Both the position numbers and the translations under genes were made by a program. This document shows, piece after piece, positions 1 to 9,820 of a stretch of DNA of 64,000 nt. The DNA is taken from contig CAVXNB010000003.1 in the NCBI GenBank assembly GCA_963763085.1, positions 641,031 through 705,030 of the forward strand. Reading direction: 5' to 3'. This DNA comes from an uncultured Acidimicrobiaceae bacterium. Its GTDB lineage: Bacteria; Actinomycetota; Acidimicrobiia; Acidimicrobiales; Bog-793. Each line of letters starts with the position of its first letter. The first letter of the stretch is position 1. The notes beneath the pieces were generated by a model that ran no database searches, had not been told where the DNA came from, and saw nothing but the letters and a program-made list of their open reading frames with translations.

Positions 1-221
1 CCGGCCATCGCCCGCCCGGCGATGAGCATCTCGGGCACGAAGAAGTCGCCCCGCTCGAAGCGCGCTCCGACCTCTTCCAACGAGGGGATGAGCGAGTCGA
101 ACAGCAACGTCTCGGGGTTGAGGCCCATCTCGAGCCCGGCGTTCGTGAGCTCGAGCACGGCGGGGGCGTTGCCCACGAGCGTGGCGTCGTACATCTCTTT
201 GAGCAGCTCTTCCTGGTTCAC
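1..221 (-). CDS. Corrinoid (B12-binding) methyltransferase protein, N-terminal cap domain, runs off window
   Basis: Own translation from GTG at 221: MNQEELLKEMYDATLVGNAPAVLELTNAGLEMGLNPETLLFDSLIPSLEEVGARFERGDFFVPEMLIAGRAM, the MetH/MtbC cap motif; start overlaps the iclR stop (GTGA). Confidence 0.88.
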   Translation of the reverse strand, partial: MNQEELLKEMYDATLVGNAPAVLELTNAGLEMGLNPETLLFDSLIPSLEEVGARFERGDFFVPEMLIAGRAMA

Positions 222-985
222 GCTGCACCTTCCTTGTGTGGCCGGTAGCCGAGCACCGCGGACAGGGCGTTGGCCTCGGCCATGCACTGGGCGGCGACGT
301 CGGCCAACCGGGAGGGGCTGAATCGAGTCGAGGGGCCGGAGACCGAGATCGCGGCAACGGCCGCGGCCCCGTTCCGGTACACCGGTGCTGCGACGGCGAC
401 GAGGCCAGGCTCGAGCTCCTCGTCGGTGACGGCGAAGCCTCGCCGGCGGACCTCCGACAGCTCCGAGTTGAGCTGGGAACGACGAGTGATCGTCTTCGGC
501 GTCAGCCGTGCCAGGCGCCCGGCCGGGAGCGTGGCGGCCCCCGAGGCGAGAAGCACCTTGCCGAGCGCTGTGCAGTGAAGCGGCACCGAGCGCCCGAGCC
601 AGTTCGTGCCTCCCAGCACGTAGTGCGTGTCCACTTGAGCGATCTGCTCGACCATCCCCCGGTGCACGACGCCGAGGTTGATCGTCTCGCGCGTGACCTC
701 GCCGAGTCGCTCGAGATACGGGCGCGCGACGCCGACAAGGTCGGTCTCGGCGTTGCCGCGCAACGCGTAGCGGACGAACGCGTCCCCGGGCCTGAACGCG
801 CCGCTCGACTCGCGCCGGATCAGCCCGTTGCGCTCGAGCGCGAGCAGTATGCGCGACGTCGTGCTCCTCGCGAGCCCGGTGGAGGTCGCCAGCTCCGTGA
901 ACGTGACGGAGTCCGTCGCGTCCACGACCTGGCGGAGGAGGGTTGCGGCTCGGTCGATCGACTGCGAGCCGGTCGGTCTTGTCAT
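218..985 (-). CDS. IclR family transcriptional regulator
   Basis: QSIDRA..HTH (LARSTTSRIL), HCTALGKVLLA and RGFAVTDEELEPG..VAAPV motifs; ATG at 985 preferred over ORF start 1021. Confidence 0.93.
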   Translation of the reverse strand: MTRPTGSQSIDRAATLLRQVVDATDSVTFTELATSTGLARSTTSRILLALERNGLIRRESSGAFRPGDAFVRYALRGNAETDLVGVARPYLERLGEVTRETINLGVVHRGMVEQIAQVDTHYVLGGTNWLGRSVPLHCTALGKVLLASGAATLPAGRLARLTPKTITRRSQLNSELSEVRRRGFAVTDEELEPGLVAVAAPVYRNGAAAVAAISVSGPSTRFSPSRLADVAAQCMAEANALSAVLGYRPHKEGAA

Positions 986-1096
986 GGCGCTCACTTGCAC
1001 TTGTTCCACGTTACGAGACAAAGTTCTACTATGTGAGTGTAGGGTTCACGCCCAGGAGCGTCAAGCGAGCGGTAATCCGCGTGGAACGAGGTGGCG

Positions 1097-2537
1097 ATGT
1101 TCGTCAACAAAATGGCCCGGTACGAGCTTCTCTCCCCCGAAGCGGTCGAGATCCTCGACCGTGGCTGGCGTCGAATCGTCTCGGAGATCGGCATCCAGTT
1201 CGTGAAACCCGAGGCCGTCGAACTGTTCCGCCAGGCCGGCCAGACCGTCGACGAACAGACGGTCAAGCTCGATCCCGATTTCGTGCTCGAACAGGTGGCC
1301 AAGGCGCCACGCGAGTTCGACGTGCAAGCGCGCAACCCCGCCAACACGGTGCACATCGGCGGTGACCACATGGTCTTCAGCGGGGTATACGGTCCGCCGT
1401 TCGTGAGGGAGGCGGACGTCCGTCGCGACGCCACCATGACCGACTTCCGCAAGTTCTCGATGCTGGCCCAGAGCTTCCCGGAGCTCGACTCGGCCGGAGG
1501 CGTCATCTGCGAGCCCAACGATGCGCCGCTCGACTCCCGGCACCTCGACATGATCTTCGCTCTACAGACCCTCACCGACAAGATCTACATGGGCAACGTC
1601 GTCTCGGGTCCGAACGCCGTCGACACCATCAAGATGACCGAGATCCTCTTCGGCGGCCGTGAGACCATCGAGCAGACGCCGGCGACGATCTCGCTCATCA
1701 ATTGCAATTCGCCGCTGCGGTGGGACGATCGCATGCTCGACGCCCAGTTCGAATACAACCTTGCCAACCAGCCGGTCGTGCTCACGCCGTTCCTCTTGAT
1801 GGGGGCGATGTCACCCGGTGACTATCCCGGCCGCGCTGGTCCAGCAATTGGCCGAGGCGCTGTCAGGAATTGCGCTCGCGCAGCTCATCCGCCCGGGATG
1901 CCCGGTCATCTTCGGGTCGTTCCTGTCGAACATCGACATGCAGTCGGGCTCGCCGTGCTTCGGAACACCCGAATCCGCGATCGGCCTGCTCTGCACGGGG
2001 CAGCTTGCCAGGCACTTCGGCCTGCCGTTTCGAACCGGGGGCGGCCTGACCTCGAGCCAGACACCGGACGCCCAGGCCGCCTACGAGGCGCTCATGACAA
2101 TGCTGCCGACCTTCCTCGCCGGGACGAATTGGGTCATGCATTCCGCCGGTTGGCTCGAGGGCGGCCTCGTGAGCTGCTACGAGAAGTTCATCATCGACAT
2201 CGAGCTGCTGAGGATGCTGCGGGTCGAGTTCACGCCGCTCGAGATCGACGAGGCCGCGCTGGCCTTCGACGCTCATCTCGAGGTCGGCCATGGCGGTCAT
2301 TTCCTCGGCGCGGAGCACACGATGACCCGCTTCCGTGATTGTTTCTACCGCCCGATCCTGTCGTCCTCGATGAACTTCGAGCGCTGGTCCCGCCAGGGAG
2401 CGCTCGACGCCGCCGCGCGGGCGTCCGCGATCTATCAGAAGACACTCGACGAATACGAGCAGCCGCCACTCGACGACGCCATCCGCGAAGAGCTCGAGGA
2501 CTACGTCAACCGCAGGCGCGCCGAGCTCGGGGACTGA
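1097..2537 (+). CDS. Trimethylamine methyltransferase (MttB superfamily, non-pyrrolysine, MtgB-like); +1 frameshift near 1815
   Basis: ORFs 1091..2338 and 1818..2537 join (LMGAMSP|VTIPAAL) if one C is removed from tcacccggtg; motifs NCNSPLRW, GSPCFGTPE, HSAGWLEGGL; no in-frame amber codon. Confidence 0.9.
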
Positions 2538-2555
2538 CTGAAGCGCCGGCGGTGC

Positions 2556-3662
2556 TCAGCCGACCCGGTAGCGGGCCAGCGCGTCCTCGTCCAGGACGAT
2601 GCCCAGGCCGGGCCTGGCCGGCACCACGAGATCCCCGGCGGCGTCCACCTCGAGTCGCTCGCCGAGCATGAAGTCCCGCCGCTCAGGGACCCACGAGGGG
2701 GGATCGAAGGGATACTCGAGATACGGGCCGCCCCCGACGCCGGCCGCGAGATGGAGGTTCACCAGCAGCCCGATCCCGTTCGACCACGTGTGCGGGGAGA
2801 ACCACCTCGACTTCGCCAGGACGAGCTCGGCGAAGGTCCTGGCGCGCGAAATCCCCACCGACAGCACCGCGTCGGGTTGGTAGACGTCGAGCGCGTCCGC
2901 CTCGAGCAGTGCCAACAGCTCGGGAAAGCTCCGCACCATCTCGCCGCCGGCGACGCGTACCGGGCCGTCGGCGCGGAGCCCGGCAAGCCCCTTCAGATCG
3001 GATCCCTCCAGCGGCTCCTCGAGCCAGAACAGGTCGAGCTCGGCCAGCTGGGCCGCGATGTGCCGCGCGGCGCGGGGGTCGAGAGCCGGGCGCGTGTCGC
3101 CGGCCATGCGCCAACCCTGGTTGAGATCGACCATCAGCGTCATAGCCGGCAGCGCCTCGCGCACGGCCCTGACCGCCGCCAACCCGGTGTCGAGGTTCTC
3201 CGGGTCGATCCGCAGCTTCATGGCCCGCAGTCCCATGGCCGCGAATTCGTGCGCGACCTCAACCCGGCGCGCCGGCTCGACCAGTGCTCCCGTCGAACCG
3301 TAGGCCGGCAACCGGTCGGTCACGCCACCGAGGAGGCGCGCCACGGGCACGCCGTAGACCTGGCCGGCGATGTCCCAGAGGGCCGCTTCGAGTGGCCACG
3401 GCCGAGGGCCGTGGAACGCGATGGTCTCGAGAGCCCGCACGTGGCGGCCGATGGCGAGCGGGTCCTCACCGATGAACAGTTCGGCATACGGCTCGAAACC
3501 GTCCATCGTGTCGCCCGACCCGACGCCGCGCAGGCCCTCGTCGGTGTCCACGAACACGAGCGTCGCCGCATAGCGCCGTCGGGGGACGGGATCCCAAGCA
3601 GCGGGGAAGGGCGGATCGAGCGGTAGCTCGAGGCGGACGAGCTCGATCCGGCTGATCTTCAC
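2556..3662 (-). CDS. Mandelate racemase/muconate lactonizing enzyme (enolase superfamily)
   Basis: KxR (MKLR), metal ligands in DLNQ, WLEEP and GGE, QPD, PHTW. Confidence 0.9.
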   Translation of the reverse strand: MKISRIELVRLELPLDPPFPAAWDPVPRRRYAATLVFVDTDEGLRGVGSGDTMDGFEPYAELFIGEDPLAIGRHVRALETIAFHGPRPWPLEAALWDIAGQVYGVPVARLLGGVTDRLPAYGSTGALVEPARRVEVAHEFAAMGLRAMKLRIDPENLDTGLAAVRAVREALPAMTLMVDLNQGWRMAGDTRPALDPRAARHIAAQLAELDLFWLEEPLEGSDLKGLAGLRADGPVRVAGGEMVRSFPELLALLEADALDVYQPDAVLSVGISRARTFAELVLAKSRWFSPHTWSNGIGLLVNLHLAAGVGGGPYLEYPFDPPSWVPERRDFMLGERLEVDAAGDLVVPARPGLGIVLDEDALARYRVG

Positions 3663-4153
3663 GGGGTGCGGTAGAAGGGGTTCCAGGGGTCCTTGCCGGC
3701 GAGCAGGAACTCCTCAACCGTGGGGAATCCCGCCTTGCCGTTCCGCAGCGACTGGAACATCGCCTCGGTGTTGTTGGCGTAAACGGCCTCGGCGTCGTCG
3801 GCCTCCGGATTCACCCAGACCGCCGCGATGAGGACCAGATCGCCACAGTCCGAAGCATCTATGGTCCCGTCCTCGAGGGCGAGGGCGACACCGGTCGCAA
3901 CACCCGCCTGGGCCGGGCCCCAGGTGAGGTCGCCGTGCGACGGGCTCGAGATCGCAGCCTTGTTCACGAACAGCGTGGGCGGAGTGACCGCGACCCCCGG
4001 TCGCCCGATCGCCACGAAACGGGCATAGCCGGCGCTCGGGCTCGCGAGCGAGCTCGCCCACGCCGCTCCGACGGGCCCCTGGCGTTCGCCGAGGACCGTG
4101 TTGATGTGGGCCGCGTTCCTGCCGGGTCCGATGAACGACTCACCGATCTGCAA
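3659..4153 (-). CDS. fae: Formaldehyde-activating enzyme (Fae) family protein
   Basis: IGESFIG..NAAHINTVLG...PPTLFVNK..TWGPAQAGVA.GV...LIAAVWV; TTG start with GGGAGGAG RBS. Confidence 0.82.
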   Translation of the reverse strand: MQIGESFIGPGRNAAHINTVLGERQGPVGAAWASSLASPSAGYARFVAIGRPGVAVTPPTLFVNKAAISSPSHGDLTWGPAQAGVATGVALALEDGTIDASDCGDLVLIAAVWVNPEADDAEAVYANNTEAMFQSLRNGKAGFPTVEEFLLAGKDPWNPFYRTP

Positions 4154-5276
4154 GGCCGTTCTCCTCCCAGGGCCGGAGGACGCCACGAGCGACCTCGCCG
4201 CTGTTCATGTCCGCGAACGCCTTGTTGACGTCCTCGAGCCGGTACCGGCGGGTGACGAGCCGGTCGAGTGGCAAGCGACCCTCGGCGTGGAGCCGCAGGA
4301 TCATGGGCATGTCGATCGCAGGGCGGGACGAGCCGTAGAGGGTTCCGGTGACCACCTTCTCGGAACGGACGAGCTCTGGCCCCGGAAGCGTCACCGTCGC
4401 CTCTAGCGGCGGTATCCCGACGGTGACGATCATCCCGCCGGGTCTCGTCGCCGCGAACGCCAGCTCGGTCAGCCTCGTCAACCCGGCCGCCTCGAAGGCG
4501 TAGTCCAATCCCCCACCGGAGTGCTCCAGCAGTGCCTCGAGCAGATCTGGGTCGCGCCCGTCGAGCGCCACGGTCGCGCCGAGCTCGATCGCCAGCGCCC
4601 TTTTGCTCTCGACGGGCTCGACGCTGATGATCGTCTCTGCGCCGGCGAGGCGAGCGCCCATGACGGCGGAGAGGCCGACACCGCCCGCCCCGAAGACGGC
4701 CACGCTCGACCCCGGAGTCACCTTCGCCCGGTTGACGACGGCTCCGATACCGGTCATCACGGCGCATCCGACGAGCGCGGCGACCTCGAGATCGGCGCCT
4801 GGCGGAAGCACGATGCAGGAACGGGCCGAGACGACCGCGTCCCGGGCGAACGTGGACAGGTACGAGTAGTGGTGAACCGGCTGCCCGTCGCGGGACAGGC
4901 GCATTCCGCCGCCGGGAAGCGATCCGCTCATCTCCGACAGCGCAACCTCGCAGAGCGAGAGGCGGCCCTCGAGGCACCGGCGACAGCGACCACAGTTGGG
5001 CAGCCACGACAGCACGACCTGATCGCCGACCGAGAGGGTCGTCACCTCCGCGCCGAGCTCTTCGACGACGCCGGCGCCTTCGTGGCCGAGAACCGCTGGA
5101 AGAGGGGTCGGCGACGATCCGCTCACCGCGTTCCAGTCGCTGTGGCACACACCACTCGCCTCGATCCGGACGCGGACCTCTCCCTTCCCCGGAGGCGCCA
5201 ATTCGAGGTCTCCGACCTCGAGCGCGCCTCCGATCTCGTCGAGCACCGCCGCTCTGGTGATCATCGCGGCCGTCAT
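4140..5276 (-). CDS. Zn-dependent alcohol dehydrogenase (class III/formaldehyde dehydrogenase-like MDR)
   Basis: GVCHSD, GHEGAG, CGRCRRC..C, GCAVMTG, GAGGVG. Confidence 0.92.
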   Translation of the reverse strand: MTAAMITRAAVLDEIGGALEVGDLELAPPGKGEVRVRIEASGVCHSDWNAVSGSSPTPLPAVLGHEGAGVVEELGAEVTTLSVGDQVVLSWLPNCGRCRRCLEGRLSLCEVALSEMSGSLPGGGMRLSRDGQPVHHYSYLSTFARDAVVSARSCIVLPPGADLEVAALVGCAVMTGIGAVVNRAKVTPGSSVAVFGAGGVGLSAVMGARLAGAETIISVEPVESKRALAIELGATVALDGRDPDLLEALLEHSGGGLDYAFEAAGLTRLTELAFAATRPGGMIVTVGIPPLEATVTLPGPELVRSEKVVTGTLYGSSRPAIDMPMILRLHAEGRLPLDRLVTRRYRLEDVNKAFADMNSGEVARGVLRPWEENGLADR

Positions 5277-5345
5277 GGCGTGGGCCCCACAGCGAGCGGC
5301 TCGAGCCCGGCTCTCGCATCGACTCGTCTGATCACGTCGCAGATC

Positions 5346-6853
5346 CTAGAGGTCGGGCGGTCCCGCCAGGACGAGCGAGGCGGCGGCTGTGATGTCCGGA
5401 CCGAGCGGGCGGTCGGCGAGGTCGCTCGACAGCACGGCGCCGGCTCGCTCGAGCCAGGCGCGCCCCGCCGGGGTCGTTGGGCCAAGCCCTCGGAGCCCGA
5501 TCGCGCGACCGCGGCGACGAGCTCGGCGCCGACCACGATGCCGAGGGCATCGATGGCGTCCCCGAGCTGCTCCACGCCAAGGGGGGCGTGACTGGCGAGA
5601 TGCTCGATCCCCGCCGAGACGGTCACGGGCCAGCACGACGTGCTCGTCGCCGCGAGGCGCAACCGGTCCATCGCCGATTGCGCCGTGTACTCGAGGATCA
5701 TCACGCCAGAGGCGCCGGGCGTGCCGTCGGTGAGGAATCGGGTGACGCCCGTCATCGAGGGGTCGCAGGCGAGGCTGAGGCGTGCGAGGGACCCGAGACC
5801 CACGCCGGCCAGGGTGCTGCGCACCTGGTCGAGAGCGACCGCGAGCTCGCTCGTGAGAAAGTTCCCGTTCGCGAGCGCGACATCGCCGTCGTCTCCGGCG
5901 ATCGCGCCGGCGCAACCGTCTCCGGCGATGAGCGGGTTCTCCGCCGCAGCGTTGATGTCGACCTCTACGATCCCGACGAGACGGTCCAGGGAGTCCTGGG
6001 CGGCGCCGTTGAGCTGCGGAGCGCACCTGAGCCCGAACGGATCCTGAAGGCTGGCGGCGACCCCGGGGAGGCCGTCGCCGAGGACCTCGCGCACCCGGCG
6101 GGCCGAGATCGACGGTCCCCGGAACGGGCGGGCCGCGTGCACGCGGGGATCGAAGGCGGCGAGGTTGCCGCCACACGCCAGCGCGCTCAGCCCGGCCACT
6201 GCATCGGCCGAGGCGACAAGGCGGGCTGCGTCGGTTGCCAGGAGCGCCGCACGCCCGAGGGTGCACGCATTGCTCGACATGAGCGCGAGCCCGTCGCCGG
6301 CGCCGAACTCGACCGGTGGCGGTGGGCTGTCGCCGTCGTGCCAGACGCCCTCGCCCGCGAGTGCGAGCCCGACTTCCGCCAGAGCTGTCAGGTCGCCGGT
6401 CCCGATCCCGCCGAGCGCGTGCACCACCGGCGTCGCACCCGACTCGAGCGCGGCGACGATCCGATCCACGACCACCGGTTCGATGCCGGCGCCTCCGGCG
6501 AGGAGCTGGTTCGCCCGTACGACGAGCAGAGCCCGGGTCTGCGCCCGATCAAGGACCCGCCCGACTCCGCCGGCGTGGCTCCTGAGCAGAGCAAGGGAGT
6601 GGTGCCGCGCCTCGGTCGCCGGCACCGGCTCGAGCAGCTTGGCCCCCACGCCCGTCGTTCGGCCGTAGACGTGAGCCCCGCTGGCGATGACTCGTGAGGC
6701 GCGCTGCGACGAAGCCTCGACACGATCGCGGGCGGCAGGCGACACGGTGACGCCGGCGCCGAACCGAGCCACCGCCGTCACGGCGGCGATGTCGAGGCTC
6801 CTCCCGTCGAGCTCGATGGTCGTCCTCGCCGCTTCGGCCGAGCGACCCGTCAC
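5346..6853 (-). CDS. Histidine/aromatic ammonia-lyase-fold protein lacking the ASG (MIO) motif; frameshift near 5505
   Basis: VYGRTTGVG, LLRSHAGGVG, QDPFGLRCAPQ, ENPL..NGNF; MIO loop reads GGIGTGDL; C-terminus (..DRPLGPDI..) continues in the frame ending at 5346. Confidence 0.85.
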
Positions 6854-7842
6854 GCGTTGCGGGTCGGCAGGCCGGCGGCCTTCCAGGCACGGATGCCGCC
6901 GTCAACGTCGGTGGCACGGAGCAGGCCGAGGTGGCGCAGACTCGCCGCAGCCAGGCTCGAGGCGTACCCCTCGGAGCACAGCACGATGATCTGCGCGTCG
7001 TAGCGGGCAAGCTCGACGATCCGGGCGTCGCTCCTGGGATCGAGGCGCCACTCCAGCACGTTGCGCCCGATGATGACCGAGCCCGGCACCTCGCCTTCCT
7101 CGCGCCGCTGCTCGAGGGGCCGGATGTCGACCATCGTCGCTCCGGCGGCCATGGCCCGATAGGCGGACTCGGGATCGAGTCGTTCGATCTCGAGGCGAGC
7201 GTCGGCCAGGAGATCGTCGACGCTCTGCAGGGCTCGACGCCGGCGGAGCTCCCGACGCGGCCCTTCCGGCGACGTCACGACGACGGTCTCGTTCGCGACC
7301 AAGCCGCCTGGCGTTAGCTCGTAGTAGGTCATCGTGACGAGCGGCGGCGAGTAGGCGTGGACGCTGACGGCTTGGGCACTGCCGGAATGGCTGACGTTGT
7401 GCACGTGCGCGGGACCGAAGAAGATCCGCTCGGACGCCGACAACCGGCGCGTGCGGACGCGGTGGCCGCCCCCGGTGCGGAGCTGCTCGAGCAGCACGCC
7501 GTCGGCGACGCAGAAGGAGCCGGACGATCCGCCGTGGTCGTGCCAATCGGTGTCCTGCCCCGGTTGCCACGCGAGCAACCAGACGTCACAGGTCTCGGAG
7601 CGATGGAGCGGCATATACCAGCGCTGGGCGGCCGACGCGACGACGAGGTCCTGCCACAGCCTCCGCTTGGCCGCCACCGCGCCGGTCAGCAGGCCGAGCT
7701 GGCGAGGCGACAGCCGGGCTTGTCCGTGAACGTAAGGGCCAACGAATTCTGCGATCTTCCGCCGGCGGTCATCGTCGATGACGGCCGCGCCCGTCGCGCC
7801 CTCCTCCACTTCCAACCCCGTGCGGCCTTCGGATGCGAGCAT
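6850..7842 (-). CDS. Cysteine/thiol dioxygenase fused to rhodanese domain
   Basis: DVWLLAWxPGQxTxWHDH..HVH..SVHAYSPPL (3-His cupin), then VDIRP..GRNVLEWRLDP..VLCSEGYASS..GG..AW (rhodanese), in one frame; start uncertain. Confidence 0.85.
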   Translation of the reverse strand: MLASEGRTGLEVEEGATGAAVIDDDRRRKIAEFVGPYVHGQARLSPRQLGLLTGAVAAKRRLWQDLVVASAAQRWYMPLHRSETCDVWLLAWQPGQDTDWHDHGGSSGSFCVADGVLLEQLRTGGGHRVRTRRLSASERIFFGPAHVHNVSHSGSAQAVSVHAYSPPLVTMTYYELTPGGLVANETVVVTSPEGPRRELRRRRALQSVDDLLADARLEIERLDPESAYRAMAAGATMVDIRPLEQRREEGEVPGSVIIGRNVLEWRLDPRSDARIVELARYDAQIIVLCSEGYASSLAAASLRHLGLLRATDVDGGIRAWKAAGLPTRNA

Positions 7843-8001
7843 CGTTCCCCTGGTCACTCCAACTGCCAATTCATGCCTTCCAGAAGGGAGAATTGTACCT
7901 GATACAGCCGGTGCACTGGAGATACCGCGCACGGGGCGCGGATCGGGCCCGGCTTCACAGCCGGGCCCGCGTCCGTGCACAACCGCCCTAAGGCGGCGGA
8001 T

Positions 8002-9723
8002 TCAGCTCTTCGTGGCGTTCCAGAGGAACAACTGCGCCTGCCCCGTCGGGTAGACACCCTTGACGTTCTTTGCCGTCGCGCAGAGATAGTCGTAGAAGTA
8101 CGGAAAGATGATCGGAGTCTCGTCGAGGAGAAGCTTCTCGATCTTGGCGGCTAGCGTGCGCTGCTCGGACAGGTCAACGGCGGCCACGAACTCCTTCGAG
8201 AGCTTGTCGTAGGTGGCGTTGTTGAAGTGAGCGGCGTTCCAGGCGCCCGTACCCTTCTTCTTGTTGTAGGTCTGAAGCGGCGCCTCGAGATACAGGTTCG
8301 GCACCGCCCGGGCTCCGTAGTCGACCAGGCTCATCTCCCCGTCCAGCCAGTCCGACTTCCCGAACACGCCATCGCCGTAGTACTTGCCGGGCTCCTCGAC
8401 CACGACGGTGATGTCGACGTTGATCGCCTGTGCCGCCTGCTGGACGATTGTCGCGAAGTGGGGAATCTCCTGGGTCGTCTCGGTGAGCAGTGGGGTCGCG
8501 AAGCCGCCCGGGACGCCCGCCTTGGCGAGCAGCTGCTTGGCCTTCTTCAGGTCCATGCTGCGCTGGCCGACGACCGGGTTGTAGGACTTGAAACCGGGGT
8601 AGAACGGGTTGTCGTTGCCGATCACCGCGAGGTCGTCGAACAGCGCCTTGATGATGGCCGGGCGGTCGAGCGTGAAGGCGATGGCCTGGCGGACATACTT
8701 GCTCGTGAACGGGTGCTTGTCGCACCGCATGGAGAGCTGCCGTTGCAGGGCGCACTTCAGCTTGATCACGTTCCAGTTCCCGTTGAGCAGCTGAGGGCTG
8801 ATGTTGTAGGTGAACTGGTCCATGACGTCGATCGAGCCGGCCTCGAGGGCCGCGGCCATCGGCTGCTCGTTGGCGTAGAAGGTGACGACGACCTTGCTCG
8901 GCTTGGCCGGTGAGCCCCAGTGGTGCGGATTGCGGACCAAGGTGCAGCCGGACTCGGGTGAGAAGGACGAGATCTTGAACTTGTTCGTGCCGATGAAGCC
9001 GGGACCTACCTTGTTGTAATTGCTGTAGTCGTAGCCGTGAGGGACGATGATCATGTTGTAGTTGTCTTCGGAGCAGGCGTCGACGAAGCTCGCATCCGGC
9101 GCCTCGAGATGGAAACGAACGTGATGGTTGTCGAGCTTCTCGACTCCGCCGGGGCTGAGCGTGCCACCGAAGACCGACAGAGCGTTGCCGCCGGTTACCG
9201 TGCTGGCCTGGGACTTGAAGCTGTAGACGACGTCGTCGACGGTCATCGGCTTGCCGTTGTTGAACTTGACGCCCTGACGAATCTTGAAAGTCCAGACCGA
9301 GGCGTTGTGGTTCGAGTACCAGCTCGTCGCGAGCCACGGGTGGTAGACCAGCTTCTGGTCGCTGAAGACGAGAAACTCACCGATGTTGCCGAGCACTTCG
9401 AGGCCGCCCTGGTCTTCGATGAGAATCGGGTTGAGTGCCGTGGCAGGTTTGATCATCCCGACATTGATCGTCCCGCCGGATGCGGCCGCGGTCCTCGGGG
9501 ACGTGGCTTCCCTTGCGGCGAGCGGGCGCTCGTGACGTTCGAGGACGCCACCGCGGGCGGCGATGATGCTGCCGACCACTGGGACCGACATGCCGAACAT
9601 GGTGGCGCGCCGCATGAAGTCGCGCCGCGTGATCCGGTCCCCCAGGTATTCGTCGATGACGTGTTCGAGTATCGGCCCGGATTCCTTGCGGATCGGGTCT
9701 ATCCGACCATAGTCAGTTTCCAC
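8002..9723 (-). CDS. Peptide/nickel-type ABC substrate-binding protein (family 5), twin-arginine signal
   Basis: TRRDFMRR; WTFKIRQGVKFNNG..VDDVVYSF; VRQAIAFTLDR. Confidence 0.92.
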   Translation of the reverse strand: METDYGRIDPIRKESGPILEHVIDEYLGDRITRRDFMRRATMFGMSVPVVGSIIAARGGVLERHERPLAAREATSPRTAAASGGTINVGMIKPATALNPILIEDQGGLEVLGNIGEFLVFSDQKLVYHPWLATSWYSNHNASVWTFKIRQGVKFNNGKPMTVDDVVYSFKSQASTVTGGNALSVFGGTLSPGGVEKLDNHHVRFHLEAPDASFVDACSEDNYNMIIVPHGYDYSNYNKVGPGFIGTNKFKISSFSPESGCTLVRNPHHWGSPAKPSKVVVTFYANEQPMAAALEAGSIDVMDQFTYNISPQLLNGNWNVIKLKCALQRQLSMRCDKHPFTSKYVRQAIAFTLDRPAIIKALFDDLAVIGNDNPFYPGFKSYNPVVGQRSMDLKKAKQLLAKAGVPGGFATPLLTETTQEIPHFATIVQQAAQAINVDITVVVEEPGKYYGDGVFGKSDWLDGEMSLVDYGARAVPNLYLEAPLQTYNKKKGTGAWNAAHFNNATYDKLSKEFVAAVDLSEQRTLAAKIEKLLLDETPIIFPYFYDYLCATAKNVKGVYPTGQAQLFLWNATKS

Positions 9724-9820
9724 GGTCTCCCCCTTTTGTCAGGTTTGTGGTGTCGGTCGTGCGAGATGAGTTGGGAGCATAGCGTGCCCACCATAATCAA
9801 GCCGAAACGCCTTCGTCACC

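Noticed and set aside
1002-1036. Possible IclR operator pair between iclR and mttB
   Set aside because: Location is plausible but the symmetry is too imperfect to call
1097-2537. Pyrrolysine readthrough or programmed frameshift in MttB
   Set aside because: The break is a +1 indel in a short C run, not an amber codon, and there is no slippery heptamer; similar indels occur window-wide
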